Below, one piece after another: positions 10,080-20,183 of a stretch of 64,000 nucleotides of DNA; positions within the stretch are counted from its first letter, which is position 1, and every line of letters starts with the position of its first letter. The position numbers and the translations under genes are program-made. The notes under the pieces are model-generated. The model saw only the letters and a program-made list of their open reading frames with translations. It was not told where the DNA came from and ran no database searches. This stretch comes from a virus, in the IMG/VR virus record IMGVR_UViG_3300044655_001596, positions 1 through 64,000 of that record; one strand, given 5' to 3'.

Positions 10080-10561
10080 CCCGAGACCAGAAACTAGAAC
10101 AATGGGCCGAACGTGAGCTCAAACGCAATATCGATTCTATCATCCTGGATGATGGTACTGGTTCTCTTGTGGTTTTTGGCAAGTATTGTATACAGCCGCA
10201 GGGCACTAGATATCAAGTGAGTACTTGGGACAAAACTATTCATTCATTCAGCACAAAAAAAACAGCTATGAGTTGGTGTACAACAGACCATCAACGCAAT
10301 TACAATCTATCCAATCAGATTCTGGTGTTGGATCGTAAAAAACAAGTATTAGCGGCAGATATATACTGCCGACAAGTCATTGGCGAGCGTGGGCGAACAG
10401 AATCATTTTATGAAATCATAAACATGAAACTGCAACCCAAAATAGACCAGTACAACTCAGTTACAGCCGAACTAGAGAAATGTGTAAATCAGGCTAAATA
10501 TATGCAAATTAAGGGATTCAATAATGAAACTGCAAGAACTATCGGCTCCAACGCCAAGTAA
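10076..10561 (+). CDS. hypothetical protein
   Basis: ATGA overlap with upstream ORF. Confidence 0.7.
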   Translation: MTRDQKLEQWAERELKRNIDSIILDDGTGSLVVFGKYCIQPQGTRYQVSTWDKTIHSFSTKKTAMSWCTTDHQRNYNLSNQILVLDRKKQVLAADIYCRQVIGERGRTESFYEIINMKLQPKIDQYNSVTAELEKCVNQAKYMQIKGFNNETARTIGSNAK

Positions 10562-11471
10562 GCAAATAGCCAAAGTATTCGAAAGTTACTTTGGTAACCG
10601 CATTAGTTTTGACCAATTAACACGTGGTCAAACTCGAGCAATGTTGGGCAAAGTGCGTGGCATCCTAGGCGAGCATCGCAAGACTTCTGCACGTCACAGT
10701 AGTGAGCAAGATCCACGTTATCTGCAATTGGTAATGATGGAGCAGGCATTGAGCACACGTTTGAAAGAAAACGTCATGCCTCCTACACCAGGTTCTACAC
10801 CTGCTCCAGGTTCTACACCTGCTCCTGGCGCAGCTCCTGCCCCCACAGCCGGCGCCGCCCCTAAAGATCCTAAACTAGCTGCCGCACTCAAGAAGTCTGC
10901 CGCTGGTCAGTCATTGAATCCTGAAGAACAAAAGCTAGTGGCTGGCGCCGCAATGATGCAAGCCGAAAGCCGCTTCCGTAGAATGGCACGCCGACTGAAC
11001 GAAAGCGAAATTCAACAAGCTCAAGTTGTGTTGGCCGCTCAAGACATGGTTGACAAAATGCAAGCCATGTTGGAAGATGTGAGTGAACTGCAATTCAAAG
11101 AACTTCCAGCTCTAGTTGATTCAATCAAGAATCAAGTTGGTGTTGACCAAGCCGCACAATTCAATGCAGACGCCACAGCCGCACTAACAGGCCTGTTACA
11201 AAATATTCAAGGTGCCAAGCAACAACTTGACGCCGCATTGAATGTGGTAACTGGTGCTGCTCCTGCTGGTGCCGCAGCCGCTGGCGCTATGGGCGCTGAC
11301 ATCGCCGCAGGCGCAGGTGATATGGCCGCCGCAGGTGCTGACATGGCCGCCGCAGGTGCTATGGGTGCCGAAGCTGGTGCTGACATGGGTGCAGATGCTG
11401 CATTGGATGCCGCAGCCGCTGATGCTGGTGCTGAACCTCCTGCCGCCGCGCTGGGTCGCGCCAAAAGATAA
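10524..11471 (+). CDS. prohead core/scaffold-like protein
   Basis: Several L-x-E sites (LQE, LKE, LNE), Ala/Pro-rich linkers, helical. Confidence 0.55.
   Translation: MKLQELSAPTPSKQIAKVFESYFGNRISFDQLTRGQTRAMLGKVRGILGEHRKTSARHSSEQDPRYLQLVMMEQALSTRLKENVMPPTPGSTPAPGSTPAPGAAPAPTAGAAPKDPKLAAALKKSAAGQSLNPEEQKLVAGAAMMQAESRFRRMARRLNESEIQQAQVVLAAQDMVDKMQAMLEDVSELQFKELPALVDSIKNQVGVDQAAQFNADATAALTGLLQNIQGAKQQLDAALNVVTGAAPAGAAAAGAMGADIAAGAGDMAAAGADMAAAGAMGAEAGADMGADAALDAAAADAGAEPPAAALGRAKR
10788..10823 (+). repeat. 18-bp tandem repeat x2 (PGSTPA)
   Basis: CCAGGTTCTACACCTGCT repeated exactly. Confidence 0.85.
11298..11360 (+). repeat. 21-bp tandem repeat x3 (DMAAAGA)
   Basis: GA(C/T)ATGGCCGCCGCAGGTGCT-like units. 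Confidence 0.8.
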
Positions 11472-11833
11472 TGAAAATATTTGAAGTTGACAGTAGCATG
11501 GGAATGGCGGCTCCGCCTAACCCAGCGCAACTGTCGGGCTTGGTGCAGTTTCTGGATGGTCGTGCCAAAGACACCAATGCCAAAAAAGAAATCAGCCAGG
11601 ATGCATTCATCAAACTGGCAAATGATTTGGATATCAACATCACCGCCCAAAATCTAGCCGATGTTGTGAGTCAAGAGCCACTCAGTAACCTTTTGGAACC
11701 TATGGATCCAAACACAGGCGTGTTAGTGTTCAAAGGTGCAGGCGAACCAAATGTTGCTATGCCAGTGAACAAAGCACAGGACATTGTGGCCAGTGCTGCC
11801 AAATCGGCAATGAACAAAGACCGCGGTGTTTAA
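11471..11833 (+). CDS. hypothetical protein (possible head protein)
   Basis: TAATG coupling; MKIFEV N-terminus. Confidence 0.65.
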   Translation: MKIFEVDSSMGMAAPPNPAQLSGLVQFLDGRAKDTNAKKEISQDAFIKLANDLDINITAQNLADVVSQEPLSNLLEPMDPNTGVLVFKGAGEPNVAMPVNKAQDIVASAAKSAMNKDRGV

Positions 11834-11901
11834 CCAATCCTGTCAACCAAAGGTTGACACAAAACGTTAAATATAGTATACTTCACTATAGGAGGCGTAT
11901 T

Positions 11902-12201
11902 ATGAAAAAAGCTGTAATTTTTGTTTTGATGAGTGCGTTGGCCAGTACCAATGCATTGGCCTGGGGCGACCGTGAACAAGGCGCACTAGCAGGCATGGCC
12001 GCATTATGGGCTTTCCAAAGACTCAACCAGGTTGATGCTCCTCCTCGAGTGGTTTACACACAGCCACAAACAGTGTATGTTGAACGCCCTGTGGTTGTAC
12101 ACCCTCAAGTGGTTGAATATCAACGCCAACAATGTGGCCCTTGGGTTGAAACCCGAAACTGGGACGGCACTGTGACTAGATCTAGAACCTGTACACAATA
12201 A
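11902..12201 (+). CDS. secreted/membrane protein (signal peptide, Pro/Val-rich linker)
   Basis: TTGACA..TAGTAT promoter, AGGAGG RBS, MKK + hydrophobic + ALA signal. Confidence 0.65.
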   Translation: MKKAVIFVLMSALASTNALAWGDREQGALAGMAALWAFQRLNQVDAPPRVVYTQPQTVYVERPVVVHPQVVEYQRQQCGPWVETRNWDGTVTRSRTCTQ

Positions 12202-12202
12202 T

Positions 12203-12586
12203 ATGGCCTACTCAGACAAAGTAATTGATCACTATGAAAATCCACGCAACGTGGGTAAATTTGAAATTGACGATTCAATCGGTACAGGCATGGTAGGAGC
12301 ACCTGCTTGCGGTGACGTGATGAAACTTCAGATCAAGGTCAAAGACGGCATTATCACAGATGCAAGATTTAAGACTTACGGATGTGGCTCAGCAATTGCT
12401 TCAAGCTCGCTGATTACTGAAATGGTCAAAGGAATGTCGCTTGACGCCGCAGGGGCGATCAAGAATTCAGAGATTGCTGAAGAGCTGGCCCTCCCGCCGG
12501 TCAAGATACATTGTTCCATACTTGCTGAAGACGCGATTAAAGCCGCGGTAGAAGACTATCGCAAAAAGCATGATCTCGTTCACTGA
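12203..12586 (+). CDS. iscU: Fe-S cluster scaffold IscU
   Basis: MAYSDKVIDHYENPRNVG, APACGD, GCGSAIASSS, LPPVKIHCS. Confidence 0.97.
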   Translation: MAYSDKVIDHYENPRNVGKFEIDDSIGTGMVGAPACGDVMKLQIKVKDGIITDARFKTYGCGSAIASSSLITEMVKGMSLDAAGAIKNSEIAEELALPPVKIHCSILAEDAIKAAVEDYRKKHDLVH

Positions 12587-12893
12587 CACAGCACGAAACA
12601 AAATCCAAAAACTAGTCACAGCCAAGGGCTATGCTGGCATTCGGCTTGGAGTTAAAACTACAGGTTGCTCAGGTCTTGCTTATGTGCTGGAATACGTTCG
12701 AGAATACACACCTGAACAGTATGTTATCAATTATGCACAACCTGATTTTGTAGTTCTAGTAACTCAAAAAGATGATGTGTATCTACACAACATGACTGTA
12801 GATTATGTGCGCCAAGGCCTCAACGAAGGCTTTGAATTCTCAAATCCCAACGAACGTGATCGTTGCGGCTGCGGAGAAAGTTTTCGAATATAG
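12570..12893 (+). CDS. iscA: Fe-S cluster assembly A-type carrier IscA
   Basis: GCSGLAY and CGCGESF. Confidence 0.93.
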   Translation: MISFTDTARNKIQKLVTAKGYAGIRLGVKTTGCSGLAYVLEYVREYTPEQYVINYAQPDFVVLVTQKDDVYLHNMTVDYVRQGLNEGFEFSNPNERDRCGCGESFRI

Positions 12894-12942
12894 TTGACAA
12901 CTGGACTATAATTGTCTATAATTGACTATAATTATGTATAAT
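12894..12942 (+). promoter_or_regulatory. sigma70 promoter with four TATAAT boxes at 10-bp spacing
   Basis: TTGACA 12894; TATAAT at 12907, 12917, 12927, 12937. Confidence 0.65.
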
Positions 12943-13650
12943 CCAAAATTTGATTACCAGCCCATTCCCCGAGTCACAATAGAGGGCAAGCGTTACTATG
13001 CCACACCCGATGGCAAAAACTTACCGTCAGTGACCACAATCCTAGACAAAACAAAACCGCCAGAAAAAGTTGAAGCCTTGAATCAATGGCGACGGCGTGT
13101 GGGTGCAGAAAAAGCACAGCAAATCACCACTGAAGCGGCCAACCGTGGCACCCGCATGCACACCTATCTTGAGCACTATGTCAAAACAGGTGAGCGAAAA
13201 GAACGTGGGTCCAATCCCTTCTCTTGGCCCAGCCATTCAATGGCAGATGTGGTAATTGATCAAGGACTCAAGAACGTCACGGAGTTTTGGGGCATTGAAG
13301 TTCCCTTATACTTTCCCAGCGTGTACGCAGGTACCACAGACGGTGCGGGCATGCACTTGAACGAAGAAGCCATACTAGACTACAAACAAACCAACCGGCC
13401 CAAAAAGCGCGAGTGGATCGACGACTACTTTGTACAACTGTGTGCCTATGCAGAAGCGCACAACGAACTACACGGCACACGCATACGCAAAGGCGTGATT
13501 TTGATGTGCGTCAAACCTGATCTAGACGAGCAACACAATATTGTTGGCCGGCCGCAGTACCAGGAATTTGTGCTGGAAGGCGCAGAATTTGAAAAATATC
13601 GTAACTTGTGGTGGAAAAAGGTTGAACAGTACTACATGCTAAATATGTGA
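12934..13650 (+). CDS. PD-(D/E)XK exonuclease (T4-like phage type)
   Basis: LPSVTTIL, RGTRMH, AGTTD, ILDYKQ, QLCAYA. Confidence 0.85.
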   Translation: MYNPKFDYQPIPRVTIEGKRYYATPDGKNLPSVTTILDKTKPPEKVEALNQWRRRVGAEKAQQITTEAANRGTRMHTYLEHYVKTGERKERGSNPFSWPSHSMADVVIDQGLKNVTEFWGIEVPLYFPSVYAGTTDGAGMHLNEEAILDYKQTNRPKKREWIDDYFVQLCAYAEAHNELHGTRIRKGVILMCVKPDLDEQHNIVGRPQYQEFVLEGAEFEKYRNLWWKKVEQYYMLNM

Positions 13651-13669
13651 TATCCAAAGGACAATCACT

Positions 13670-15457
13670 GTGGCAATTGTACAAATATCACGAATCACAC
13701 AACGCAAGGGTTTATTTAACGATCTACCCGAACCATTAGCCGGCGCAGAACTGGGCTGGGCAACTGACACACGTCAACTTTTTATCGGTAATGGTACCCT
13801 GGCAGATGGCGCTCCTATTATTGGTAACACAGAAGTTCTTACTGAATTTTCTGACATCTTGAACTATGCCACTGAGTATACCTATAAAGGTGAAGCGGCC
13901 GGTTACACAGTCCAAACTGGTGCCACAGCAGGTACACCAGTCAGTCAAAGTCTACAAAGCAGACTGGACAGTTATGCTGTGATTACAGACTTCGGTGCCA
14001 CTGGAGATGGCATCACAGATGTCACGGCTGACATCAATCGTGCATTGGATCAGATTTTTTGTCAAGACATCAATCCCAGTATCCGCCGCAGTATTTTCTT
14101 TCCTGCCGGCACATACATTATCACAGACACACTGCTGATTCCACCTTACTGTAAACTCTACGGCGAAGGATCTGACAGCACAATCATCAGTTTCAATGTT
14201 CAACCCTGGACTTCTACAATCGCCTATGCTTCGGGTGTGCTGGTAGAAAACAGCGGTCTATACTATAGAAGCATTGCCGCGGTGCCAATTGGCATAGCTA
14301 TTGGTAATACCACTTATTGGGGTGTTGAAACACTGCCCGATTATATGTTTAGAACCACAGATAGTCTTCAACAGACCGGTGCAAACATTGGTACCGGTGG
14401 TGCATTGCCGCCAGGTCATGTAGAAATGTCCAGCATCAAGTTTAAGACCAATGTGCCCACTAGCGGTGCGCTGGTACAGGGTGCAGTGGATTGTGTGTTT
14501 GACTGTGTGGCGTTTGAAGGCAATGGAACTGCGGCCACACTTACCACCGCCACTCTTGCCACAGCTGGTGTGAGTTTTGCTAACCAAGGCAGTTATGTTT
14601 GTACCAATATTGTTTGGAACAATTGTATTTTTACCAAGATGGCATGGGGAGTTAACACAGACGAAGCAGTGGAAGGCGTAACTGTCAGCAACTGTAGATT
14701 TGATACCTTGTTCCAAGGTGTATATCTTGGAACCATCTCTCCGGGTGTGGGCTATGTTGGACCAACTGGTGTGCGCATAGTACAAAACACATTTGATAAT
14801 ATCTATGCTGAAGGTATCATCATTGTGAATTGCAGTCTCAATGCCACTGCCTACAACACGTTCTATGAAGTTGGAAACAGTTTCAATGGTCAGACCAATC
14901 CAGTGACTGCCATAATTGACCTAGACGCAACCAACAATGTCAGTGTTGGGGATATGTTTGAACGCACAACTCAATACAGCACAGCCTTGCATCCTCGCAT
15001 AGCACTAAACGACAAAAACAATATCGCCCAGGGCATGAATGTCAACAACATCACACTATATCAAGATAATGTAGTAGATCTAACCTTGGCCAATCAGTTG
15101 AGTGTGGGCACCTACACTCGTGTTGCTGGTATCAACGACATTATTAATGACAATGCCGGAGCCAATTTGGTATACGTAGCAGGAACATACTACAGTGGTT
15201 TTAAGATGGATTACACAATCAATCGAAGCGACTTTCGTAGAACAGGCACATTGACCGCAGTCAAAGGTCAGAGTACAACAGGCACAGGCTTTGTGTACAC
15301 AGATGACTACTATGAAAATGGTGTAACTGGCGTGACACTAACTGCCGCAGCCGATGGCGCTAATGTACTGGTAAGTTATACCGCAACCAGCACCGGGTCA
15401 GATGGTGCAATTAATTATTCTATCACTAGTCTCGGTTCTCCTACTATTCCTAGTTAA
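13670..15457 (+). CDS. tail fibre/tailspike with beta-helix (pectate lyase superfamily)
   Basis: GTG start; ELGWATDTRQLFIGNG (Mtd-N-like), DFGATGDG..D, FFPAGTY. Confidence 0.75.
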   Translation: MAIVQISRITQRKGLFNDLPEPLAGAELGWATDTRQLFIGNGTLADGAPIIGNTEVLTEFSDILNYATEYTYKGEAAGYTVQTGATAGTPVSQSLQSRLDSYAVITDFGATGDGITDVTADINRALDQIFCQDINPSIRRSIFFPAGTYIITDTLLIPPYCKLYGEGSDSTIISFNVQPWTSTIAYASGVLVENSGLYYRSIAAVPIGIAIGNTTYWGVETLPDYMFRTTDSLQQTGANIGTGGALPPGHVEMSSIKFKTNVPTSGALVQGAVDCVFDCVAFEGNGTAATLTTATLATAGVSFANQGSYVCTNIVWNNCIFTKMAWGVNTDEAVEGVTVSNCRFDTLFQGVYLGTISPGVGYVGPTGVRIVQNTFDNIYAEGIIIVNCSLNATAYNTFYEVGNSFNGQTNPVTAIIDLDATNNVSVGDMFERTTQYSTALHPRIALNDKNNIAQGMNVNNITLYQDNVVDLTLANQLSVGTYTRVAGINDIINDNAGANLVYVAGTYYSGFKMDYTINRSDFRRTGTLTAVKGQSTTGTGFVYTDDYYENGVTGVTLTAAADGANVLVSYTATSTGSDGAINYSITSLGSPTIPS

Positions 15458-15882
15458 TGTGGCCTAAAACCTTTGCCGAAAGGCTTGAGAGTTGGACACA
15501 ACTCCGTCGACAAGCCTCCACCGCTGATGCGGAAACAGCACTCAACGCCATCAACTCATGGTGGTTTCAAACTCCCTGGCGAGCATATCATTTGCACTGG
15601 GACGATCGAGCCGTTTGGCCTGATCCCTGGCAATTATTGAGCGACGATCTCTATTGTCCTCTTGCTCGCGGCCTGGGAATACTGTATACTATAACTATGC
15701 TGGATCGGCCAGATCTGCAGGATGCCGTTTTGGTAGAGGTAGATAGCGACAATTTAGTCCTGGTGCATGAAAAGAAATATATACTGAATTGGGACTCGGA
15801 GCAGATGTTAAATATCACTCTAGGACGTTTCAACTCCCGACACAGCATTACGCAAGAGCAATTAAAACAACAAATTAGGTAA
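15457..15882 (+). CDS. hypothetical protein (possible transglutaminase-like fold)
   Basis: WPDPWQL..YC motif, translational coupling. Confidence 0.6.
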   Translation: MWPKTFAERLESWTQLRRQASTADAETALNAINSWWFQTPWRAYHLHWDDRAVWPDPWQLLSDDLYCPLARGLGILYTITMLDRPDLQDAVLVEVDSDNLVLVHEKKYILNWDSEQMLNITLGRFNSRHSITQEQLKQQIR

Positions 15883-15884
15883 CA

Positions 15885-18203
15885 ATGAAGCAAATAACAG
15901 TACAAAAACGTGACGGAACTCGCGAGCCGTTGGCGTTGGAAAAATGGCAAGCGCAAATAGCCAAGGTTTGTGCAGGCATCGCAGATGTGAGCCAATCAAT
16001 GATTGAGATCAAAGCCCAGTTGCATTTCTATGATGGCATCACAACCAAAGAAATTGACGGTATCACACTGAGAGCCATAGTGGACCTGATTGACGTAGAA
16101 TCAAATCCTGACGTTGGGCATACCAACTATCAGTATGTGGCAGGTAAGCAACGACTATCAATGTTGCGTAAAGATGTATACGGTTCATACGATCCTCCAC
16201 ACCTGTATGAAATTGTCAAGCGCAACGTGGCTACTGGTCTCTACACTCCTGAACTCTTGGAATGGTATTCAGAAGAAGACTGGAATCGCATGGAAGACAT
16301 GATCGACCATGTGAAAGACGAGCAGTATTCATATGCGGCTGTGGAACAACTGATTGAAAAATATCTTGTGCGTAATCGCTCAACAAAAGAAATTTATGAA
16401 ACACCACAGGTTCGTTACATGATTGCGGCTGCCACGGTGTTTCACCGAGAAGAACCCAACACAGCTCGTATGCGTTATATCAAGGAGTACTACAATGCAG
16501 CTTCTGACGGTCTATTTACTCTCGCAACTCCTGTTCTTGCTGGGCTTGGCACTCCCACTAAGCAGTTCAGTAGTTGTGTACTCATTCGCAGTGATGATGA
16601 TCTTGACTCCATTTTTGCTAGTGGCGAAATGATGGCCAAGTATGCCAGCAAACGTGCTGGCATTGGTTTGGAGATTGGTCGCTTGCGCCCCTTAGGCTCA
16701 CCCATACGTGGTGGCGAAATCATGCACACCGGTATGATACCATTTTTAAAGAAGTGGTTTGGAGATTTACGCTCATGCTCACAAGGAGGTATCCGCAATG
16801 CAAGTGCTACTGTATTCTATCCTATTTGGCATCTTCAGTTTGATGATCTTATTGTTCTTAAGAACAACCAAGGAACCGAAGAAACCCGAGTCCGTCATAT
16901 GGATTATGGGGTTGTGCTTAGTGCTTTCTTCTGGAGACGATTTAAAAACAAAGAACAAATAACATTCTTTGATCCCAACGAAGTACCTGAACTGTACGAA
17001 GCATTCTATGCCAACACCGAACGCTTTGAAAAACTGTATGTGGAATATGAAAAGCGCCGAGACCTACGTACCAAGGTCATGAGTGCAGAAGAAGTGTTCA
17101 AGTCAGGCATACTCAAAGAGCGCACTGACACTGGCCGCATCTATCTAGTGTTCATTGACAACGTTCAGAATCAAGGTCCGTTTGATACTGAATACCATAC
17201 CATTTACCAGAGTAACCTTTGCTGTGAAATTCTCCTACCTACTCGACCATTTAAAAGATTGGATGACGCTGATGGGCGAATCGCCCTCTGTACGCTGGGA
17301 AGTATTAACTGGGGTGCATTCCGGAATCCTGAAGACATGCGTCGTGCTTGTAGAATTCTGCAGAGATCCTTGTGTAATATTCTTGACTACCAAGACTTCC
17401 TGTCAATCCAATCGCAGTTATCAAATGACGAAATCCAGCCGCTTGGTATCGGTATTACTAACTTGGCTTACTGGCATGCCAAGCGCGGACTCCAATATGG
17501 TAACAAGGACTCTTTGGCCGAAGTCAAGTCGTGGATGGAACATCAGGCTTTCTACCTTACCGAAGCAACAGTTGAACTTGCTAAGGAAAGAGGCCGTTGC
17601 AAAGATTCTGACCGCACCTGGTACGGTAAAGGTATCTTTCCTTGGGAGAGACGTAGCGCCGGGGTAAATGAACTCGCGGACTTTACGCCTGAACTGAACT
17701 GGGAAGGCCTACGTGCTGAAATGCGTAGTTACGGAGTACGCAATGCCACACTGATGGCCATTGCTCCTGTGGAGTCCAGTAGTGTTGTTATCAACTCAAC
17801 CAACGGCATTGAAATGCCCATGAGCTTGATTTCAGTTAAAGAATCTAAAGCAGGAAGCCTTACACAGGTTGTGCCCGAGTACCACAAATTGAAAAACAAG
17901 TATCAACAGATGTGGGCACAAAAAGACTGTGATGGTTATTTGAAAACAGCGGCGGTGTTGGCGGCCTATGTGGATCAGTCAATCTCAACAAATACGTTCT
18001 ACAATCCAGCACATTTCCCAGATCGCAAAGTCCCTACAACATTGATTGCCAAGAACTTGATGCAGGCACACTACTGGGGCCTGAAAACATTCTACTACAG
18101 CCTGATCAACAAAGCCGGATCAAAACAAACTGCCGAAGCGGCCCCTCTTGAAATCATCGACTTTGATCTCGAGGGCGAAGACTGCGAAGCCTGCAAGTTA
18201 TGA
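15885..18203 (+). CDS. nrdA: class Ia ribonucleotide reductase alpha subunit
   Basis: ATP cone, QFSSC, SNLCCEI, C-terminal CEACKL. Confidence 0.97.
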   Translation: MKQITVQKRDGTREPLALEKWQAQIAKVCAGIADVSQSMIEIKAQLHFYDGITTKEIDGITLRAIVDLIDVESNPDVGHTNYQYVAGKQRLSMLRKDVYGSYDPPHLYEIVKRNVATGLYTPELLEWYSEEDWNRMEDMIDHVKDEQYSYAAVEQLIEKYLVRNRSTKEIYETPQVRYMIAAATVFHREEPNTARMRYIKEYYNAASDGLFTLATPVLAGLGTPTKQFSSCVLIRSDDDLDSIFASGEMMAKYASKRAGIGLEIGRLRPLGSPIRGGEIMHTGMIPFLKKWFGDLRSCSQGGIRNASATVFYPIWHLQFDDLIVLKNNQGTEETRVRHMDYGVVLSAFFWRRFKNKEQITFFDPNEVPELYEAFYANTERFEKLYVEYEKRRDLRTKVMSAEEVFKSGILKERTDTGRIYLVFIDNVQNQGPFDTEYHTIYQSNLCCEILLPTRPFKRLDDADGRIALCTLGSINWGAFRNPEDMRRACRILQRSLCNILDYQDFLSIQSQLSNDEIQPLGIGITNLAYWHAKRGLQYGNKDSLAEVKSWMEHQAFYLTEATVELAKERGRCKDSDRTWYGKGIFPWERRSAGVNELADFTPELNWEGLRAEMRSYGVRNATLMAIAPVESSSVVINSTNGIEMPMSLISVKESKAGSLTQVVPEYHKLKNKYQQMWAQKDCDGYLKTAAVLAAYVDQSISTNTFYNPAHFPDRKVPTTLIAKNLMQAHYWGLKTFYYSLINKAGSKQTAEAAPLEIIDFDLEGEDCEACKL

Positions 18204-18391
18204 ACAGCATAGAAAAGATCTGGGCCCGGGCCACTGGGCATGTAATGGGCGAGAGTGATCATGACCGCCCGGATGTGCCTATACTGACACTACGAGAAGC
18301 CCGAATGGCCTTGTTTTTCAAAACGTTTTGGGTTATAATACATGTTGTAACCTGTGGTTTTATTATAGCCAACACAATTAGACACTGGTAA
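18200..18391 (+). CDS. small membrane protein
   Basis: 63 aa with C-terminal TM; ATGA overlap. Confidence 0.65.
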   Translation: MNSIEKIWARATGHVMGESDHDRPDVPILTLREARMALFFKTFWVIIHVVTCGFIIANTIRHW

Positions 18392-18398
18392 TTACACA

Positions 18399-19499
18399 AT
18401 GAGTAGAGCACAATACAATTTAAAAACAAAAACAGACTATCTTAGTCGCAAGATGTTCCTAGATCCAGCAGGTCCTGTAACAGTACAACGATTTGAAGAA
18501 GTCAAGTACAACAAACTGGTCAAGTACGAGCAAGAAGCACGTGGCTTCTTTTGGGTTCCAGAAGAAATCTCTTTGACCAAAGACGCACAAGACTTCAAAG
18601 ATGCGTCAGACACAGTCAAGCATATCTTTACATCAAACTTGTTACGCCAAACAGCACTAGACAGTTTGCAAGGACGTGGTCCCAGTCAAATCTTTACACC
18701 TGTTGTGAGTATTCCCGAACTGGAAGCCTTGGTCTACAACTGGACATTCTTTGAAACCAACATTCATTCACGTAGCTACAGTCACATCATTCGCAACATT
18801 TACAATGTGCCCAAGGATGTGTTCAACACTATTCATGACACACAAGAGATTGTGGACATGGCGTCTAGTGTTGGCAACTACTATGACAAGCTACATTTGA
18901 TTAATTGTGTTGTAGAAACCGGCGAAAAGATTGACGAAGAAAAACATATCAAAGCAATTTGGATGGCACTGAACGCAAGTTATGCCCTGGAAGCATTCCG
19001 ATTCATGGTATCATTTGCTACCAGCTTGGCCATGGTAGAGAATCGTATCTTCATTGGCAATGGCAACATTATTCAGTTGATCTTGCAAGACGAAATGCTA
19101 CACAAAGAGTGGACAGGTTGGTTGATCAATCAGGTGGTCAAAGAAGACCCACGCTTTGCTGCTGTCAAGGCCGAGTGCGAAGGCGAAGTATACCAAATGT
19201 ACCTGGATGTGATCCGTGAAGAAAAAGCCTGGGCTGATTACTTGTTTAACAAAGGACCAGTGATTGGTCTTAATGCAAACATTCTCAAGGACTTTGTGGA
19301 TTTTACAGCCGCAGCAGCTCTCAAAGAAATTGGAGTCAAGTACACCGAGCCGGCACCACGTAGTACACCTATTCCTTGGTTTACCAAGCACGTGGACACC
19401 AGCAAGAAACAAACTGCTCTCCAGGAAAACGAATCGACTAACTATGTGATTGGAGTCATGAGTGATTCGATTGATTACGAGGAGTTACCGGATCTATGA
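18399..19499 (+). CDS. nrdB: ribonucleotide reductase beta subunit
   Basis: FFWVPEE, ETNIHSRSY, EAFRF, DEMLH, QENE..Y. Confidence 0.96.
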   Translation: MSRAQYNLKTKTDYLSRKMFLDPAGPVTVQRFEEVKYNKLVKYEQEARGFFWVPEEISLTKDAQDFKDASDTVKHIFTSNLLRQTALDSLQGRGPSQIFTPVVSIPELEALVYNWTFFETNIHSRSYSHIIRNIYNVPKDVFNTIHDTQEIVDMASSVGNYYDKLHLINCVVETGEKIDEEKHIKAIWMALNASYALEAFRFMVSFATSLAMVENRIFIGNGNIIQLILQDEMLHKEWTGWLINQVVKEDPRFAAVKAECEGEVYQMYLDVIREEKAWADYLFNKGPVIGLNANILKDFVDFTAAAALKEIGVKYTEPAPRSTPIPWFTKHVDTSKKQTALQENESTNYVIGVMSDSIDYEELPDL

Positions 19500-19960
19500 G
19501 AAATTTTATCAACATAATAGAAAATGCACAGGGCATCACCGACGCTTGGTTCGCTGATGGGTTCGCCACTTTTAAAAATCCAGATAAAATTGAAAAATAT
19601 GAGATTGCACAAAAACCTGGAGAGCTGACTCATCTTGAAAATCCAGACCCTGTGCCCTACCAACCTGGTGATTACATTATGACAGGTCCCAACGACGAAC
19701 AGTATGTGCTGAGTCCCGCCAAATTCAACAGCCTCAAAGACGATCTAGGTGATGGTCGTTGCCAACCAAAGAAAATTCCAAAGGTTGCAAAACTAGCCGA
19801 TCATGATGGCTTTGTCACTGTGGATTGGGGTAGTGGTCCGCAAAAATTATTTTACACTGCTGGCAATGACTATATTGTCAAGCACGGCCCTAGCGACTAT
19901 GGTGTTGTTAAGACAGATATCTTTGCCAAGACCTACGATAAATCACAAGAAGGAAAATAA
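19496..19960 (+). CDS. PGDYG-like protein, possibly head-packaged
   Basis: Duplicated PGDYI/GNDYI..GP.D..FAKTY motifs; MRNFINIIENA leader. Confidence 0.55.
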   Translation: MRNFINIIENAQGITDAWFADGFATFKNPDKIEKYEIAQKPGELTHLENPDPVPYQPGDYIMTGPNDEQYVLSPAKFNSLKDDLGDGRCQPKKIPKVAKLADHDGFVTVDWGSGPQKLFYTAGNDYIVKHGPSDYGVVKTDIFAKTYDKSQEGK

Positions 19961-19961
19961 A

Positions 19962-20183
19962 ATGAAAGCAATTGTATGGAGCAAATACCACTGCCCTTAC
20001 TGTGACCAAGCCAAGGCCTTGCTCACACAGAAGGGTATAGAATTTGAAGAAAAGAAAATTGGTGACGGATACACCAAAGAAGATCTATTAGAAGCAGTTC
20101 CAAATGCTCGCACCGTGCCACAGATATTTCTTGGCGAAGAGCTAGTGGGAGGCTTCAATGAGCTCAAACAAAAACTTGCCTGA
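19962..20183 (+). CDS. glutaredoxin
   Basis: CPYC, TVPQIF, GGF; start reassigned after AAGGA RBS. Confidence 0.93.
   Translation: MKAIVWSKYHCPYCDQAKALLTQKGIEFEEKKIGDGYTKEDLLEAVPNARTVPQIFLGEELVGGFNELKQKLA

Noticed and set aside
10788-11360. Tandem repeats as a functional DNA element
   Set aside because: In-frame repeats encoding low-complexity Pro/Ala linkers; explained at the protein level.
12934-13650. Cas4 / CRISPR adaptation gene
   Set aside because: PD-(D/E)XK motifs are present but there is no four-Cys Fe-S pattern, no cas neighbours and no array; fits the common T4-like exonuclease.
13670-15457. Diversity-generating retroelement target (Mtd-like N-terminus)
   Set aside because: No reverse transcriptase and no TR/VR repeat pair seen in the window; the N-terminal motif is a common fibre attachment domain.
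15885-19499. Intron or intein in nrdA/nrdB (also helicase, ligase)
   Set aside because: ORFs are continuous, of normal length, with no intein or homing endonuclease insertion.
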